Under the pieces are notes generated by a model. That model saw only the letters and a program-made list of their open reading frames with translations, was not told the DNA's origin and did no database searches. A DNA stretch of 64,000 nt from the human T2T-CHM13v2.0 reference genome, Homo sapiens. The stretch's first letter is position 1; each line of letters starts with the position of its first letter. Where the stretch lies: assembly GCF_009914755.1 (NCBI RefSeq), contig NC_060942.1; one strand, given 5' to 3'. Shown here one piece after another: positions 13,071-25,400 of the stretch. The translations under genes were made by a program, and so were the position numbers.

Positions 13071-14696
13071 TGGAACAATTGGATTTTCATATGTATATAT
13101 CAGAGGAACCTTAAACATTACCTCATATCATGCACACAATTTAACTCAAAATGGATTATAAACCTAATAAAACTATAAAACTTTTAGATGAACACATAGA
13201 AGAAAATTTTTCCAAACTAAGGTAGGCAAAAAATTTCTTGGATGGGACACACACACTCACAGAGTGAGAGAGAGAGAGAAAAAATAAGTAGAAGAAAAAA
13301 ATTGATGTTAGACTTCTTCAAAAAACTTCTACTCATCATATTCACCTGTAAAACAATAAAAAGGCAAGCCAAAGATGGAAAAAATACTTGCCCTACATAT
13401 ATTTAACAAAGGACTTCTAGAATAGAAAGGAAAAGAAACACCTTTTACCACTCAGTAAGAAGATTTTTTTAAATGTTTTAACAGAAGAAAGGTTTCAACA
13501 ATCACTGCCAAAAGAAACTTTTTAAATGGCCAATAAGTACAGAACAGATGCTCAACATCATTAGTCATCACAAACTAAAAATGCAACTAGCTACTGCTAC
13601 ATACTCAATAAAGTAGCTAAATTTCAGAAGACTGACAATACTATGTGTTGACAAGGATGTGAATTACTAGGACCTCTCATGCACTTCAGGTGAAAAAGTA
13701 AAACAGTTTGGCAGTTTCTTAAAAAGTTAAACATATGCTTATTTTACAACTTATCAATTCACACCTAGGTCTTTACCCAAGGGAAATGAAAACACACATC
13801 ATAGTAAGACTTGTTTAAGGATGTTTATAGCAGTTTTATTTATAATTGCCCCAAACTAGAAACAGCCCAAATCCATCAAAAGTTGGATAGATACAAACTA
13901 CTAAGATAAAGCTACATAATAGAATTCTACTCAAGATAAATAGAAACAAACTCAAAAACCTGTTACTGAGCAAAAGAAGTCAGACAAAAAGAGCACATAC
14001 TATATGATTCCAATGATATAAAATTGTAAAAATGACACATCTAATCTATAGTGACAGAAAGCCGAGCAGTGGACACCTGGGGTCTGGGTGAGAGAGTGGT
14101 GTTGACTACAAGAAGCATAAAAAACATTTTATAGTTATAGAAATGCAATATATATAAATGAAGATGAAGGTTACATAGGTTTGCATACTTGTCAAAACCC
14201 ATCATAATCACACTTAAAATGACTGCAAATAAAGTTGAGTTTTACAAGTCTATTTGTTCCATAATACACATTTTAGAAACAAGAATTGGGTTTTTTTTCA
14301 ACAAGACATCTCATATAATCACCTAATATTATTGGAACGTTGGAAATCAGCCATGTAAGCCAAGGCCTTGTATGTCTTGGGCATCAATGAGAGCAGATAG
14401 CACATCTCTGGTGCACATCTTTTATATCACGTCTAAGCCTTACTCTATAATTGAGTTTGCTGACCCATTTGTTCTCAGAATAGTCAACTCTACCAGCCAT
14501 ATCCCTGGATTGATTGAACACACCCTACTGTCGGAAAGTAACCTTGAAGTTGAGAAATGTGTTTCAATGTGATTTGGCGAAGCTATAACATAGAGAAAAC
14601 ATCCCCCTTTTTTCCCACTATACTTTCTATTATTAAAGTTATTTTTATGACAGACGAAACCAGGAAACAACTCCTTTTTTTCAACCTTCTCTGTCA

Positions 14697-14749
14697 CCCT
14701 TGGCCTTCCAAAGTGTTGAGATTACAGGCGTGAGCCAATGCACCCAGTC
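14697..14749 (-). mobile_element. Short Alu 5'-end fragment
   Basis: 'TTGGCCTTCCAAAGTGTTGAGATTACAGGCGTGAGCCA' is the reverse complement of the Alu 5' end; the rest is absent. Confidence 0.85.
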
Positions 14750-14790
14750 CTTCCTCATTAATTTTAATAATGCAGATAATTTCATGGGGC

Positions 14791-14880
14791 GGTTGTTCCA
14801 TAGTTTATTCATAGGTTGAAAAGCCAGAATGGTACTATGAAGAAAGAAATCTCAACCTATGAATAAACTATGGAAAAACC
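14791..14880. repeat. Inverted repeat, 29-bp arms (28/29 match), 32-bp spacer
   Basis: GGTTGTTCCATAGTTTATTCATAGGTTGA (14791-14819) vs TCAACCTATGAATAAACTATGGAAAAACC (14852-14880). Confidence 0.95.
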
Positions 14881-14899
14881 CAAGCACACAGGAAAAGAT

Positions 14900-16250
14900 A
14901 AATTAATTCCTATACTTTTGAACACAGTAACTTGATCATAAACCTTAGTGGAATGTATGCTAGTGACAAGAAGATTTTCAAAAAATATAAAAATACTGAA
15001 CCTTATTTAATAATTTGATTGTTGGTAATGATATCAAAAGAAGATTTCAAAACTATGTTCTATGTATTCTAAGTACAGTAGATAAGCACATATACTGATA
15101 TGTTTGGGAACAGAGCTTCTGCCTATGGGAGAAGGGAGAGACAATATAAAATAAATAAAATAAAAATAATTTTAAAACCCTGTGGTATTTTTTTATATTG
15201 GAGGTAATTTAAATACACACACTCACAGACACACACACACACACACAAGTTCTGCTGACCGAAATTACCTGCAGGCAATGGACTTCAGTAGCAGTGAGAC
15301 ACTTAAAATTCAGATCTTGGTTCCTAATTACCATTCTTTATTAAAAGGATAAGGTATCAGTGGGAAAATGGCAGACAACAGGTCAGGGGTAGGAAAAGTA
15401 CAAGGTCACCCCAGAAATCTGATGTTATAAATCAAAGACTGTCTCAAAATCAGATAGGACAGGTCAAAAACAGTCAAGATCCAACTTGAAGAAGCTCTCA
15501 TTAACCAAATGTGTAAAAAATTGAGCATAAAAAGGGAATTGTGGTAAAAAGTTATAGCATCTTGAATAAAGAAAAGAGTTACAGATTTATAATGATGCTA
15601 TAAAAGGGATTGAAATAGCAGCTAAAAATGCAATGCAGTCAATGGAATAATTAAGTCTGCCAGGGATCATTGGTGGTTACCGAAAGCATCAGATGAAAAG
15701 CTATAGGAGAACGGGTTATACAAATAATTTCAAAATATGACCCCAGAGTTGAATTATTATTTCCAAAGTGGAAGAAGTGCCTTTTCAATGGAAAAATCAG
15801 GTAAATACCACCATAATCAAGTATTCAAATTTAGCATCACTGATTACGGGACAAACTGGGATGAGGTGCCGCCTTAAGGGAGGCAGTGGGAGTTACACAA
15901 CAACCCTCACGTAGTTCTCCTGTCCAATTTGCTTGACTTGTATCTAACCATAAATGCTGGGAGATATCCTACCAAAAAAGAAGGGGGTCCTGGGATCTTC
16001 AAATATCTTCATTTCATGAATATTAAAGGAGTTAAAAAATCATGACAACTAAATGTAATGTGTGATTCTAGATGGGATCAAAAATAAAACCATATTAAAA
16101 ATTATTGCAAAAATGAATGTTTGACTATGAACTATATTTAATGTTGTTATTACATCAATATTCCAATTCTTGGTTTGATAATGACATTTTTGTTTTGTAA
16201 GAAAATACTGAAGCATTTACAGGTAGACAATCAGGATTTCAGGGAAAGTT
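14900..16250 (+). mobile_element. L1MC-like 3' UTR fragment
   Basis: 'CAGATCTTGGTTCCTAATTACCATTC...GGAAAATGGCAGAC...GGAAAAGTACAAG' and 'CATGACAACTAAATGTAATGTGTGATTCTAG' resemble L1MC4-type 3' ends. Confidence 0.6.
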
Positions 16251-17109
16251 TCTTGGTGTGTTGGTATGACTCTTGGATTAGTAAATCAGATGGAAGAAGC
16301 TATCCTGGAAAATGTATAAAATGTGTGTCATGAATGCTACACCACAGAGTATCTAATTATCTGGAGAGATACCAGTGAAATAAAGAAGGCTTCTGCTCTT
16401 GATAAACTAACCAAAAAGGAAATGACAAGCAAACTAATGTACAAGAGCGTAAAAGGAAACACAAACATCATCAATGAGCGTTATTACACCCTTCTTTTAC
16501 CCATTACTGTGCTAAATTCTTAAAAGTATAAAGCATGGAGAGTGACTGTGAAGAGTTTAAAAGTCCAGTTGGCAAGACATAACTTTTATGTACACATGAA
16601 ACAATTTAAAAGCGATGCAAGACGCCATGTTCTGAAATGCCAAATTCTGTGGTTTGAACTAAAAATGTAATAGGAATTTTTGGAAGGAAGAGATCAATGT
16701 CAGATGAAGTTGCTGGCAATCGGGGCTTGTGACACATTAAAGCGAGTACAGAACTTGATTTTAGTGCAAGAGCTACCCACATGTGTGCCGAGGAAATTCA
16801 CTAATGGAGAGTGTGTGATTAAATCCAGATTTCATTCATCAGAAGATCTTCTACAGAAGGAGAATTTTAAGCAAAATTTGAAGGAGAGATGGAAATTATA
16901 GGAATTGCTAAATATATGTTAGAGAGGAAGTAACCTCAGGGATCACCTTTTCAGTTTTATATTTTTATGACAAAAAAAACCTCAGGTCCAGAGGAAGTCT
17001 ATAGTTTGTAAGAGAGAAAGGGGAGATTGTGTCAAGGGCAGGAAATCAGATGGGGAATACAGAGACCTGTTAAACTTTGGCAAAACATTCAGCATTTCTA
17101 AACCTTTTG

Positions 17110-17650
17110 GTATGTGGCATTTTTCCAACACAACAACACAACTTTGGCAAAACATTCAGCAACTCTCTATCTTTGGGCTGTCTTCCATAAGGATAATGTG
17201 TCTAATCCCCTTCCTTTGAATCTGGGCTCCCCTATGGACTTGCTTGATCAACTGACTGCAGTAGAAATGACATTGTTGAACTTCTGAAGCTAGGTCATTG
17301 AAAGACTCATCCTTGGAACCCTAAGCTTTCATGTAAAAAGTCCAACTGCTCAGAGGCCACCATGCTGTGAGAAGATCAAGCTCCACTGTGGGGTCTTGGA
17401 GGATAAGAAGCATTACAGGAAGAAAGAGAAAAGCCAAGGATCCCCAAGGCACCAGACAAATGACTGAGGAAGCCATTTTGGAAGTGGCTTCTTTAGGCAC
17501 TGCCACAACTGATGTTATGTGGATTGGAGTTGAACCATCAATCCAAATCCATCCTGAATCCCTGTCCTACATCTCTGAATAAAATAAAATGGTTCCTTTG
17601 AACAACTAAGCTTTGGGAAAGTTGGCTATAAAGCAACAGATAATCAAAAA
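17110..17650 (+). mobile_element. MLT1 (G/H-type) LTR
   Basis: 'CCCTTCCTTTGAATCTGGGCT...GAGGCCACCATGCTGTGAGAAG...AAGCAACAGATAATC' MLT1 hallmarks. Confidence 0.65.
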
Positions 17651-18015
17651 GCTCATTTCTAGTGTTCCTTACAACTCTACATTTCTTTGCTTTTATATAT
17701 TTCCACAAGAAAAAAAAATGTGTGCAAATGCTTGGTTAAATGTTAAGCAAATAGAGGGTAACAAGTTGGTTGGGCAGGATAGTAGTTTGTAGCAGAAATA
17801 ATGGGAAGTGTGTGGAAAAGAAGGAGATGCCAAAACTTATACCACACTTTCGAAGGATATGGGACCTTATTTCTCATCAGCAAAAATATCCTTACTTCCC
17901 TTCCATCCATGTAATTGACAGTCCTTTCTGGGTCTAATTTTCCTTTTTCAGAATAACTGAATAATGACATTTGTTCTCCCTACCTCAAAGAGTAGTTGTG
18001 ATAGCATAATATACC

Positions 18016-18408
18016 TGTCATCAATGCTCAATAATTTCTAGCTTTCTACTTTCCAGGCATATGGGTGAGTTTGCACCCCCTGTCCCTTTATGATGAGTAG
18101 GGTCATGTGATTAGTTATAACCAAGGAGTTGTGAGCAGAACTAACCGGGACCACATCCAAGCCAGAGCATTGAATTATCAGTTCTGGACCTCCCAGAGCT
18201 CTCTTTCCCTCTGGCACATTATCCAATAATCAAGATAGTGCTGGCTCCATCATCCTGGATTCCTGAGTAAATCTGATGTTTGCAGAGCTCTGCCAACTTA
18301 TAATGGACATGTAACGGGAATGAGAAATAGACATTTGTTAATTTCAGTCATAGAGATTTTTGAGATTGCCTGTTACTGCAACATAATACAGGCTTTTCTG
18401 ACTGATGC
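18016..18408 (+). mobile_element. MLT1I-like LTR
   Basis: 'GGTCATGTGATTAG...GTGAGCAGAA...GAATGAGAAATAGAC...TGTTACTGCAACATAA...CTGACTGATGCA'. Confidence 0.7.
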
Positions 18409-18596
18409 ACCAAAGGAGATTGAAAATGTTCAGGGAAATAGCAAGCAATACAAAGTGTGAGATACTGTTGTTACAAAGGATAGGCTTTAGCAGGGAAGCA
18501 ACCCAAGTGATCCATGCACTTGTCTGTTACAAGATTTTGTAACTCCACCATATTTAACAAGTCATCCAGTTTTTCTGAGTCTAATTTCTCTGTGTA

Positions 18597-18790
18597 GATG
18601 ATGATGATGATGAAGATGATAATGATGATAATGATGATGACAATAGCAAAAGTATCCACTATTTGTTGAAAGCCTATTGTGTGACTAGAAATCATTGTAT
18701 ATATGATTTCTAGCAGAGCATATCTGCAGAATGGGGATAACCATCCCTGTCTTTACAGATGTAGAAACTGAGGCTAAAGAGAGTCAATAT
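18597..18790 (-). repeat. (GAT)n-rich tract followed by an antisense MIR
   Basis: GATGATGAT run, then 'TTTACAGATGTAGAAACTGAGGCTAAAGAGAG', the MIR core reverse complement. Confidence 0.7.
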
Positions 18791-20223
18791 GATGTTCTTT
18801 TTCTTTCCAATTTTTAAAATTTCTAGCTAGGAAAGGAAGTCCAGTGCTGTGGTAAAGAAAAGTGAGGGTCTTCTCTATTAAATTCATATAGAATGTGGCA
18901 AAAGTTCTGAACACATTATATGCTTGCTTTCACTGGGCTTTTAAAACCAGCCAACACAGCTCTGTGTCCAAATCATCTGGTGCCCATGTGTGTCAATGTG
19001 CGTGATTCCCTGTGTCCTCTGAGGATGGCACAAATATTAGTTGCTTAATATGAAAGAGGCAGGAGCTGGGAATAATAATCCTCAGTTCCAAGCTGGCTTG
19101 ACTTCACCTTCATGGGCCCCAGCACAGTGCCACCCAGGGCCTCTTGGAGCTTTAAAATCATCAACGGAGGCTTTGGCCTCACTCAGGAAATATGGGGGAT
19201 GGCATCGAGGCCGCAACACCAACCTGATTAAGTACATATGGTAAACTTGAACAAGGAAGACATTCAAAATATCGTTGGCCCCACCCCAAATTTGGGTGGC
19301 CCTAAACACCAAACTCAGCCTGGAACTTGCGTTTGTATGCACAGGTCTTAAGTTAGGGTATGTCAAATTCATTTCAGAGTGTTTCAGGCCGGTCTAGGAC
19401 ATGAAGACATTTGAAAAAGTTTGGGGAGAGGACAAGAGAGGCTCATACTGATGGTTCCTGATGGAATGGCATGGATCTGAACAAAACTTCGCTGGCTTAT
19501 TCTGTCGCCCTCTCCCTGAGACCCCAGCACAAGCATTTCTTCTTCCTTGATAATCAACTCCCTGCCCCTGCATCTTCTGTCAAGTCTCACCCTAAGTTTC
19601 AAATGTCTTCCTCCCCTTCGTCCTTTCTCCTATGCCTCTGAAATCCCTTGTTCTACTCTAAGACATCACAAGGAAATAAAGTCTCCCTGTCCATATGCCT
19701 GGTCTGAGTTCAGAACTTCTGTGTTTCCATTTCAGGTCTTCCTTCCCACAGTCATTCTCCAGAGTACATCGTCATCACATCCCATAACTTACTTTGGCTT
19801 CCTGAACATAAACAGACATGTTGCTCATTTACTCATTTAATTAACATTAATTTATTGGCCACCTAATGTGCAAGGCACTGAGCTTGGCATTGGGCATAGC
19901 CGTGAATTATGGATACACCATCCTTGTCTTTATGGAGCTTACATTCTAGCAATGCCCTATTTTCCTCATCTTCTCCAAACCCTCCCACTTTCCATTCCCC
20001 AAGTAATCCTCCCTTTAGTTAGGTGTCAGCCTTTCCTGGGGGAAATCCTATAAACCTCCATCAGTTTCTCTTAGCTCATATCTTCTCTTTTAAAAAAGAA
20101 CCATATCCATTGAGTGTATTATATACATAGTATGAAATACACAGGCAAAAACTTCACAGGCAACGCAGAAGGGGAGGAGAGAATTAGACTCCAAACAAGG
20201 AGCCCAAACTTCTAATCAGTCAG

Positions 20224-20225
<2 letters not shown>

Positions 20226-20263
<38 letters not shown>
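20226..20263. repeat. (TC)n microsatellite
   Basis: Pure TC run read directly. Confidence 0.97.
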
Positions 20264-20267
<4 letters not shown>

Positions 20268-20347
20268 AGGCACTATTTTAAGTGCTAAGGATACAAACAA
20301 GAAGATAAGGCACTTGTTCTCAAAGAGCTTAAGTCCTCATAAGGGGT

Positions 20348-20802
20348 CTGTTAGATTGATTGTGGCTTCAATTTTTTACACTACTTTCACCTGTGCCCTT
20401 TGGTAGTGCCCTTTTACACTGACTCTGAGTTTGGTCTTGGGATTTGTCTTAGCTCTTAGGCTGTGGCAGAGGTAGTAGTGACAGTTTGACAGTTCTGAGT
20501 CTAACCTTCAAAAGGCCTTACACACTTCTATGCCATCTCTCAGATTCTGTCACTGTCATTTAAAAAAGCCCATGGTGGCCTACTGGAGGATGACAGAAAA
20601 CATAGTGGAGAGGCAAAGTACCCCAGAGGAGAGCTAGAAAACCTTCTGAATTGACAGACGAGTGAGCTCAGACACAACACGAAGAAATACTCTGATAAAC
20701 CACAGACTTATGAATAAGAAGCAATATATTATAAGAAATGCATACTGTTGTAAGCCATTGAGCACTGGGGTAATTTGTTATATAGCAATAGCTAGCTGGT
20801 AC
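20348..20802 (+). mobile_element. MLT1 LTR (F/G/H-type)
   Basis: 3' end 'TGTTGTAAGCCATTGAG...GGGGTAATTTGTTATATAGCAATAGCTAGCTGGTACA'. Confidence 0.65.
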
Positions 20803-20902
20803 AAGGAGGAAACAAACAAAAATCATGTAAACAAGTTAATAAGTCATATATATTCCAGTATAAGATAAAAATGAAGGCAAATTTTTTAAAAATTGTATAA
20901 AT

Positions 20903-21199
20903 GGCCAGGCATAGTGGCTCATGTTTGTAATCCCAGCCAGCACTTTGGAAGGCTATAATGGGAGGATTGCTTGTGGCCAGGAGTTTAAGACCAGCCTGTG
21001 AAACATAGTGAGACCCCATGTCTACAAAGAATAAAAATTTTTAAAATTATCTGGGCATGGTGGCACACACCTATAGTCCCAGCTACCTGGGAGGCTGAGG
21101 TGGGAGGATCACTTTAGCCCAGGAGTTCAAGGTTGCAGTGAGCTATGACTGTGCCACTGCACTCCAGTCTAGGCAACAGACTGAGACTGTATCTCAAAA
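20903..21199 (+). mobile_element. Alu SINE (AluJ-like)
   Basis: Full dimer with J-type diagnostic segments. Confidence 0.93.
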
Positions 21200-21352
21200 T
21201 ATATATATATAGTATTATATATATATAGTATAATAGTAAAATATATATACCATATTATATATAGTATAATAGTAAAATATATATACTATATTATATATAG
21301 TATAATAGTAAAATATATATAGTATATTGTGTGTGTGTGTGTGTGTGTGTGT
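21200..21352. repeat. AT-rich 36-bp minisatellite (~3 copies) plus (TG)n, grown from the Alu tail
   Basis: AGTATAATAGTAAAATATATATA recurs at 21227, 21263 and 21299 (period 36); TG run at 21328-21352. Confidence 0.9.
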
Positions 21353-21369
21353 ATATACATATATGTATA

Positions 21370-21990
21370 TGATAAAGTGATGGAGAATGATTGCCAGGGG
21401 CTATGAAGAAGTAGTAACTTAATTAGGATGGTCAGAGAAAGCCTTATTGAGGAAATGGCATTTATGTTGAGATTTAACTGATAAGAAGGAGACAATCATG
21501 TCACTGTTTGAAGGGAATTCATTTCAAAAAGAAGGGACAATGAGATGGGTAGATATCCTAGTTGGGAAGTTGAGTAGGCATCTGAAGCTCAGGGGAGAGA
21601 ACCAGGCTGGAGACATAAATGTGGAGTCATAGGACAAGCTGGGACCACCTGGAAATAAATTGCTGATAGTGAGGAAAAAAGTCTGAAGAAAATGCCCTGG
21701 GGGCATTCCAGCATTTGGAGGCTTGGGGGAAGAAGAGGAGCTGGCAAAGTGATTGAGAGTAACAAGTTCATGAAATAAGAAGAAAAATTTAAGTGCAAGC
21801 TGCCAAAGAAAAAAGCTTCAGAAAGGAAACGGTGGCCATTCATGTCAATTGCCATCGAGAATTCAGATAGTATGAGGATGGAGAGTAGGCTTTTCAAGAT
21901 GTAGGTGACCTAAATAAGTGATAGCAATTGCTGGGGATTGTTAGAGACAAAAAGCCCTATTAAATTAGTCGATGAAAGAGAGGTAAGGAA
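21370..21990 (-). mobile_element. L2 LINE fragment
   Basis: 'GAAGCTCAGGGGAGAGAACCAGGCTGGAGACATAAATGTGGAGTCAT' is typical of antisense L2. Confidence 0.7.
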
Positions 21991-22228
21991 GTAGGGCAGA
22001 AGTTTTGGGAGGATCATAGGAGGATTTGGAAGATAGTCAGATAGTCATATTTATGGGGTTATTTAAAAAGGGGATCATCAGATACTTAATCATGTGGTGA
22101 TGAATAATAAAGTTGATGAAGGAGTCTGACGATATGAGTTATATTGAGACTGTTCCTGGACAACTGAAAACTGAAAGAACAGGAAAGTGAAGCTTTAGAG
22201 CATCTAGCTTTGCCTGCACCTGGAGATG

Positions 22229-22592
22229 TGATATGGTTTGGCTGTGTTCCCACCCAAATCTCATCTTGAGTTGTAGCTCCCGTAATCTCCACATGTCATG
22301 GGAGGGACCAGGTGGGAGGTGATTGAATCAAGGGGGCGGGGTTTCCCCATGCTGTTCTTATGATAGTGAATAAGTCTCACAAGATCTGATGGTTTTATAA
22401 ACGGCAGTTCCCCTGCACACACTCTCCTGCCTGCTGCCAAGTAAGACGTGCCTTTGCTCTTCCTTTGCCTTCCACCATAATTGTGAGGCATCCCCAGCCA
22501 TGTGGAACTGTGAGTCCATTAAACCCCTTTTTCTTTCAAAATTGCCTAGTCTCAGGTATTTCTTCATAGCAGTATGAAAATGGATTAATACA
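22229..22592 (+). mobile_element. THE1C-like solo LTR
   Basis: TGATATGGTTTGG...TAATACA with a perfect 5-bp TSD AGATG (22224-22228 / 22593-22597). Confidence 0.95.
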
Positions 22593-22666
22593 AGATGTTA
22601 TGGCAGCAGGTAGCTTGCTGAAATTAAAGGCCCTAGTACAGCCCGTCACACCCTTAAGGGAAAGGG

Positions 22667-22682
22667 CTGACTCATGAGTCAG
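22667..22682. promoter_or_regulatory. Candidate double AP-1 site (perfect 16-bp palindrome)
   Basis: CTGACTCATGAGTCAG contains TGACTCA followed directly by TGAGTCA; function not shown. Confidence 0.4.
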
Positions 22683-24129
22683 TGCTGCAGATGAAGACTT
22701 TGAGGTGGTTGGTGGCATCACTGCTGAACTATCTCATTACCCAGCCATGTGGCTTTCAATAAATCCTTAAATCTTCTCCCTCTATAAAATGGGATATTAA
22801 TATTTTTTCTCCAATGGCCAGTATTCTTTAAGCTGCAAGGGAAGAAAAAATCTCTAATTGGTTTGGGCAAGGAGAAAATTTATTGGCTCAAGTAAAGTTC
22901 AGGGGTAGCTCTGATTTATAAGGGGATCTCAAAAGATATGACAAGTCTCTCTCTCTCTCTCTCTCTCCATCTCAACCTCTCTCTTTTTCTGATACAGAAA
23001 AATTATTATATACAGAAGAATTATATTATGCATTATTGTATGTGTATACATATATAATCTTTTGCATTTAATAACTTTATTCTTGAAATAATTTTCTCTA
23101 TTGGGGTTCAGAGCAGCTCTAACATAAGTTATCCTTACAGTTAGTATTGCCAGAGGAAAAAGAGATTTTCTTTCCCAATGATGCCAATTCAACTTCTGGG
23201 GTTGAATATTATTGGCTGGTTTGGAACATGTCTAACCTTGATTTATACACAATGTTTAGGAGGATAGACTATACTGATTGGCTAGACGTAATTCCTGTGT
23301 TCACACTTTACTGTTTTTTTTTTCTTTTTTTAATTGTCGGATTGTTTATAAGCATGCTCGGAATGACCCAGGGTCTGGATTTTGAAATCAGTTGGCCTTG
23401 AAATCAGAGTGTTCTTTCTCTGTCCAGACTGAAGGCTGATTGGAAACCTGTGTTTCACACATTCAATAAATTATAGCAGAAAGAATTCTGTGTTATTTGC
23501 CAAATGTTTTCATGAGAGAGTTTTATCTAATTAACTCAATATCATAAAACTGTTAAGTAATTTATGTGTGTTTTAATTTTACAGCCTGAGTAACATATCT
23601 GTGGGAGAACATAACAGATCAATGGCTTGCAGACTCGTGCAAAGAAGACGTGAGGGAAAAAATATTTGCTTAAAAGACTATGGATTAGCCCCTGTCTTAA
23701 GCTTTTCCTTCTGTTTATCCTGCCCTAGATAGAAAAATTCTCAGTCCTACCCTCTGGCAAATTCATAGATCATCTTTTAGAAGCCAGGAAGAGGACCAGC
23801 CACTAAAGCTATTTGGAACATGTCTACCACAGTGCCCCAACCCCAAAAGGTCAACCCAGCTTACTGGCAATGACTGGCTGGTTGATGGAAAATAACAAGA
23901 ACAGAGTCATTCTGACCTATTTCATCTGACTAAATCCTTTGGTCTTCTCTGAACTTCAGGCTTGGGCTAATTTACAGTGTGATGAGAAGAATCAGAAGAC
24001 ACACCTGGGAATGGGTGACAGTAGGTCCAAACAGGACAGAAGGGACCAGAATTGGAAATCCCAGTGCTGTGTCTGTGGGAGTGCTTCAGGCAGAGGGTAG
24101 GAGAAAAGCAAGTAAGGGATACAATCACT

Positions 24130-25400
24130 GGAGCAATCACTGTATTCCAGGTACTGTGTGAGGTGCTAAGAATTGCCTGATTCCTGCCTTCAAGAAGCTG
24201 AGAAGGGATGGATAAGAATGATGTGGCAAGGAGACCAAAGGCAAATCGGAAAGCATGCTTAGATGTCCACGGGAGCACTTAGAAGAGCACCTAATCAGAT
24301 CAGAAGGCTATATGGAGGGAGAAATGTGCTTCAAGGCTATGCTGAGATCAAAAGCGGTGGGGAGAGATGCCGGGCAGATGGCACAGCTTGAAGGGAAGCA
24401 TGGTGCCATGAAACAGCTAAATGCACTCAGGCAACAGTCGTTAATTAGAATGGCTTGAGAGCTTTCTTCATTCATCCTCAGTGTTCCCAAACCTACTAAA
24501 AATCCCCTAAAACCGGGTCAATGCTTGTATAGTTTTAAAAGTGTGTGATAGATAACTGTCATGCAAAGTCCTCACTAAGAACATTTGCTTAAGTAAGCTG
24601 CAGTGTTGACTGGAGCAAGAAAGTGGCTGCAGACATGGTCTGAGATGAGAGTCGAGAAATCTCGGCAATGGCTTTGTGTGCTCCCCTAAATAATTTGAAC
24701 TTCATCCTAAAAGCAATGAAGAAGCATGAAAGGATTTTAATTAAAACATCCTGGGATCAGATACACATTTCACAAAGATTGCTCTGGCAGCCTGGGGAAG
24801 AATGGGTGTGATTGTGAGAATTGAAAAGGAACAAAGAAAAGGAGTCACAGAGTTCTGGAAGGTCATTTCAGTGAGGCAGGCAGGAGGTTGTGAGGAGAGC
24901 CAGAAAGAAATGGCATCAATGGGACTTAGCCCTTCCTTGGATGTAAATGGAGAAAGAGAATCTAGAATGACTTCGATAACTAGGTTGCAATGGAGAAGAA
25001 ACAGTTTAGGTGGATATATGACTTCCCCGTGCTGCTGGTAACAAGTTACTATATACTTACTGGCTACTACCATCAACAACACAAATGTTATTTATGTTCT
25101 TGAGGTCAGGAGTCCAAAATGGGTCATTTCAGTGGCAAGGAGAAGAACAGACATCTGCAAAGGGCACTGACAAGAAATAGCCACACTTAGGAAGAAACCC
25201 AAAAACTGAGGGAAGGAAGAGGGGCAACCATTAGGAGGAAAAAGGAATGACATCAGTATCAAATATCAGATAGGTCAAGTGAGGCAGTAGCAGAAATGCA
25301 CCTGTGGGCTAACAGCAACTCAGAAGCCATGGGCGACCTAAAGAGAATTAGGAGAGGAAACCAGATTGCACGAGGGTAGCAGATAAAAGAGCCGTGAGCA
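24130..25400 (-). mobile_element. L2 LINE fragments
   Basis: 'TTTCACAAAGATTGCTCTGGCAGC', 'GAACTTCATCCTAAAAGCAATGAAGAAGC' and similar antisense L2 motifs; patchy. Confidence 0.55.

Larger units (their letters stand above)
9900..14245 (+). mobile_element. Degraded L1M LINE (ORF1-like, ORF2 and 3' end), interrupted by an MST LTR and an antisense L1 fragment
   Basis: A-rich plus strand; ORF-track peptide 11676-11897 ([29 protein letters not shown]) matches the L1 ORF2 RT region; L1 3' motifs at 13550-14245; many stops and frameshifts. Confidence 0.85.

Noticed and set aside
17073-17161. Repeat-spacer-repeat pattern resembling a CRISPR unit
   Set aside because: Only two copies, in primate genomic context, with no cas genes; treated as a local duplication.
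18940-19500. Somewhat GC-richer unique segment considered as a processed pseudogene or exon
   Set aside because: No recognisable protein similarity, poly(A) tail or TSD; it cannot be supported without a database search.
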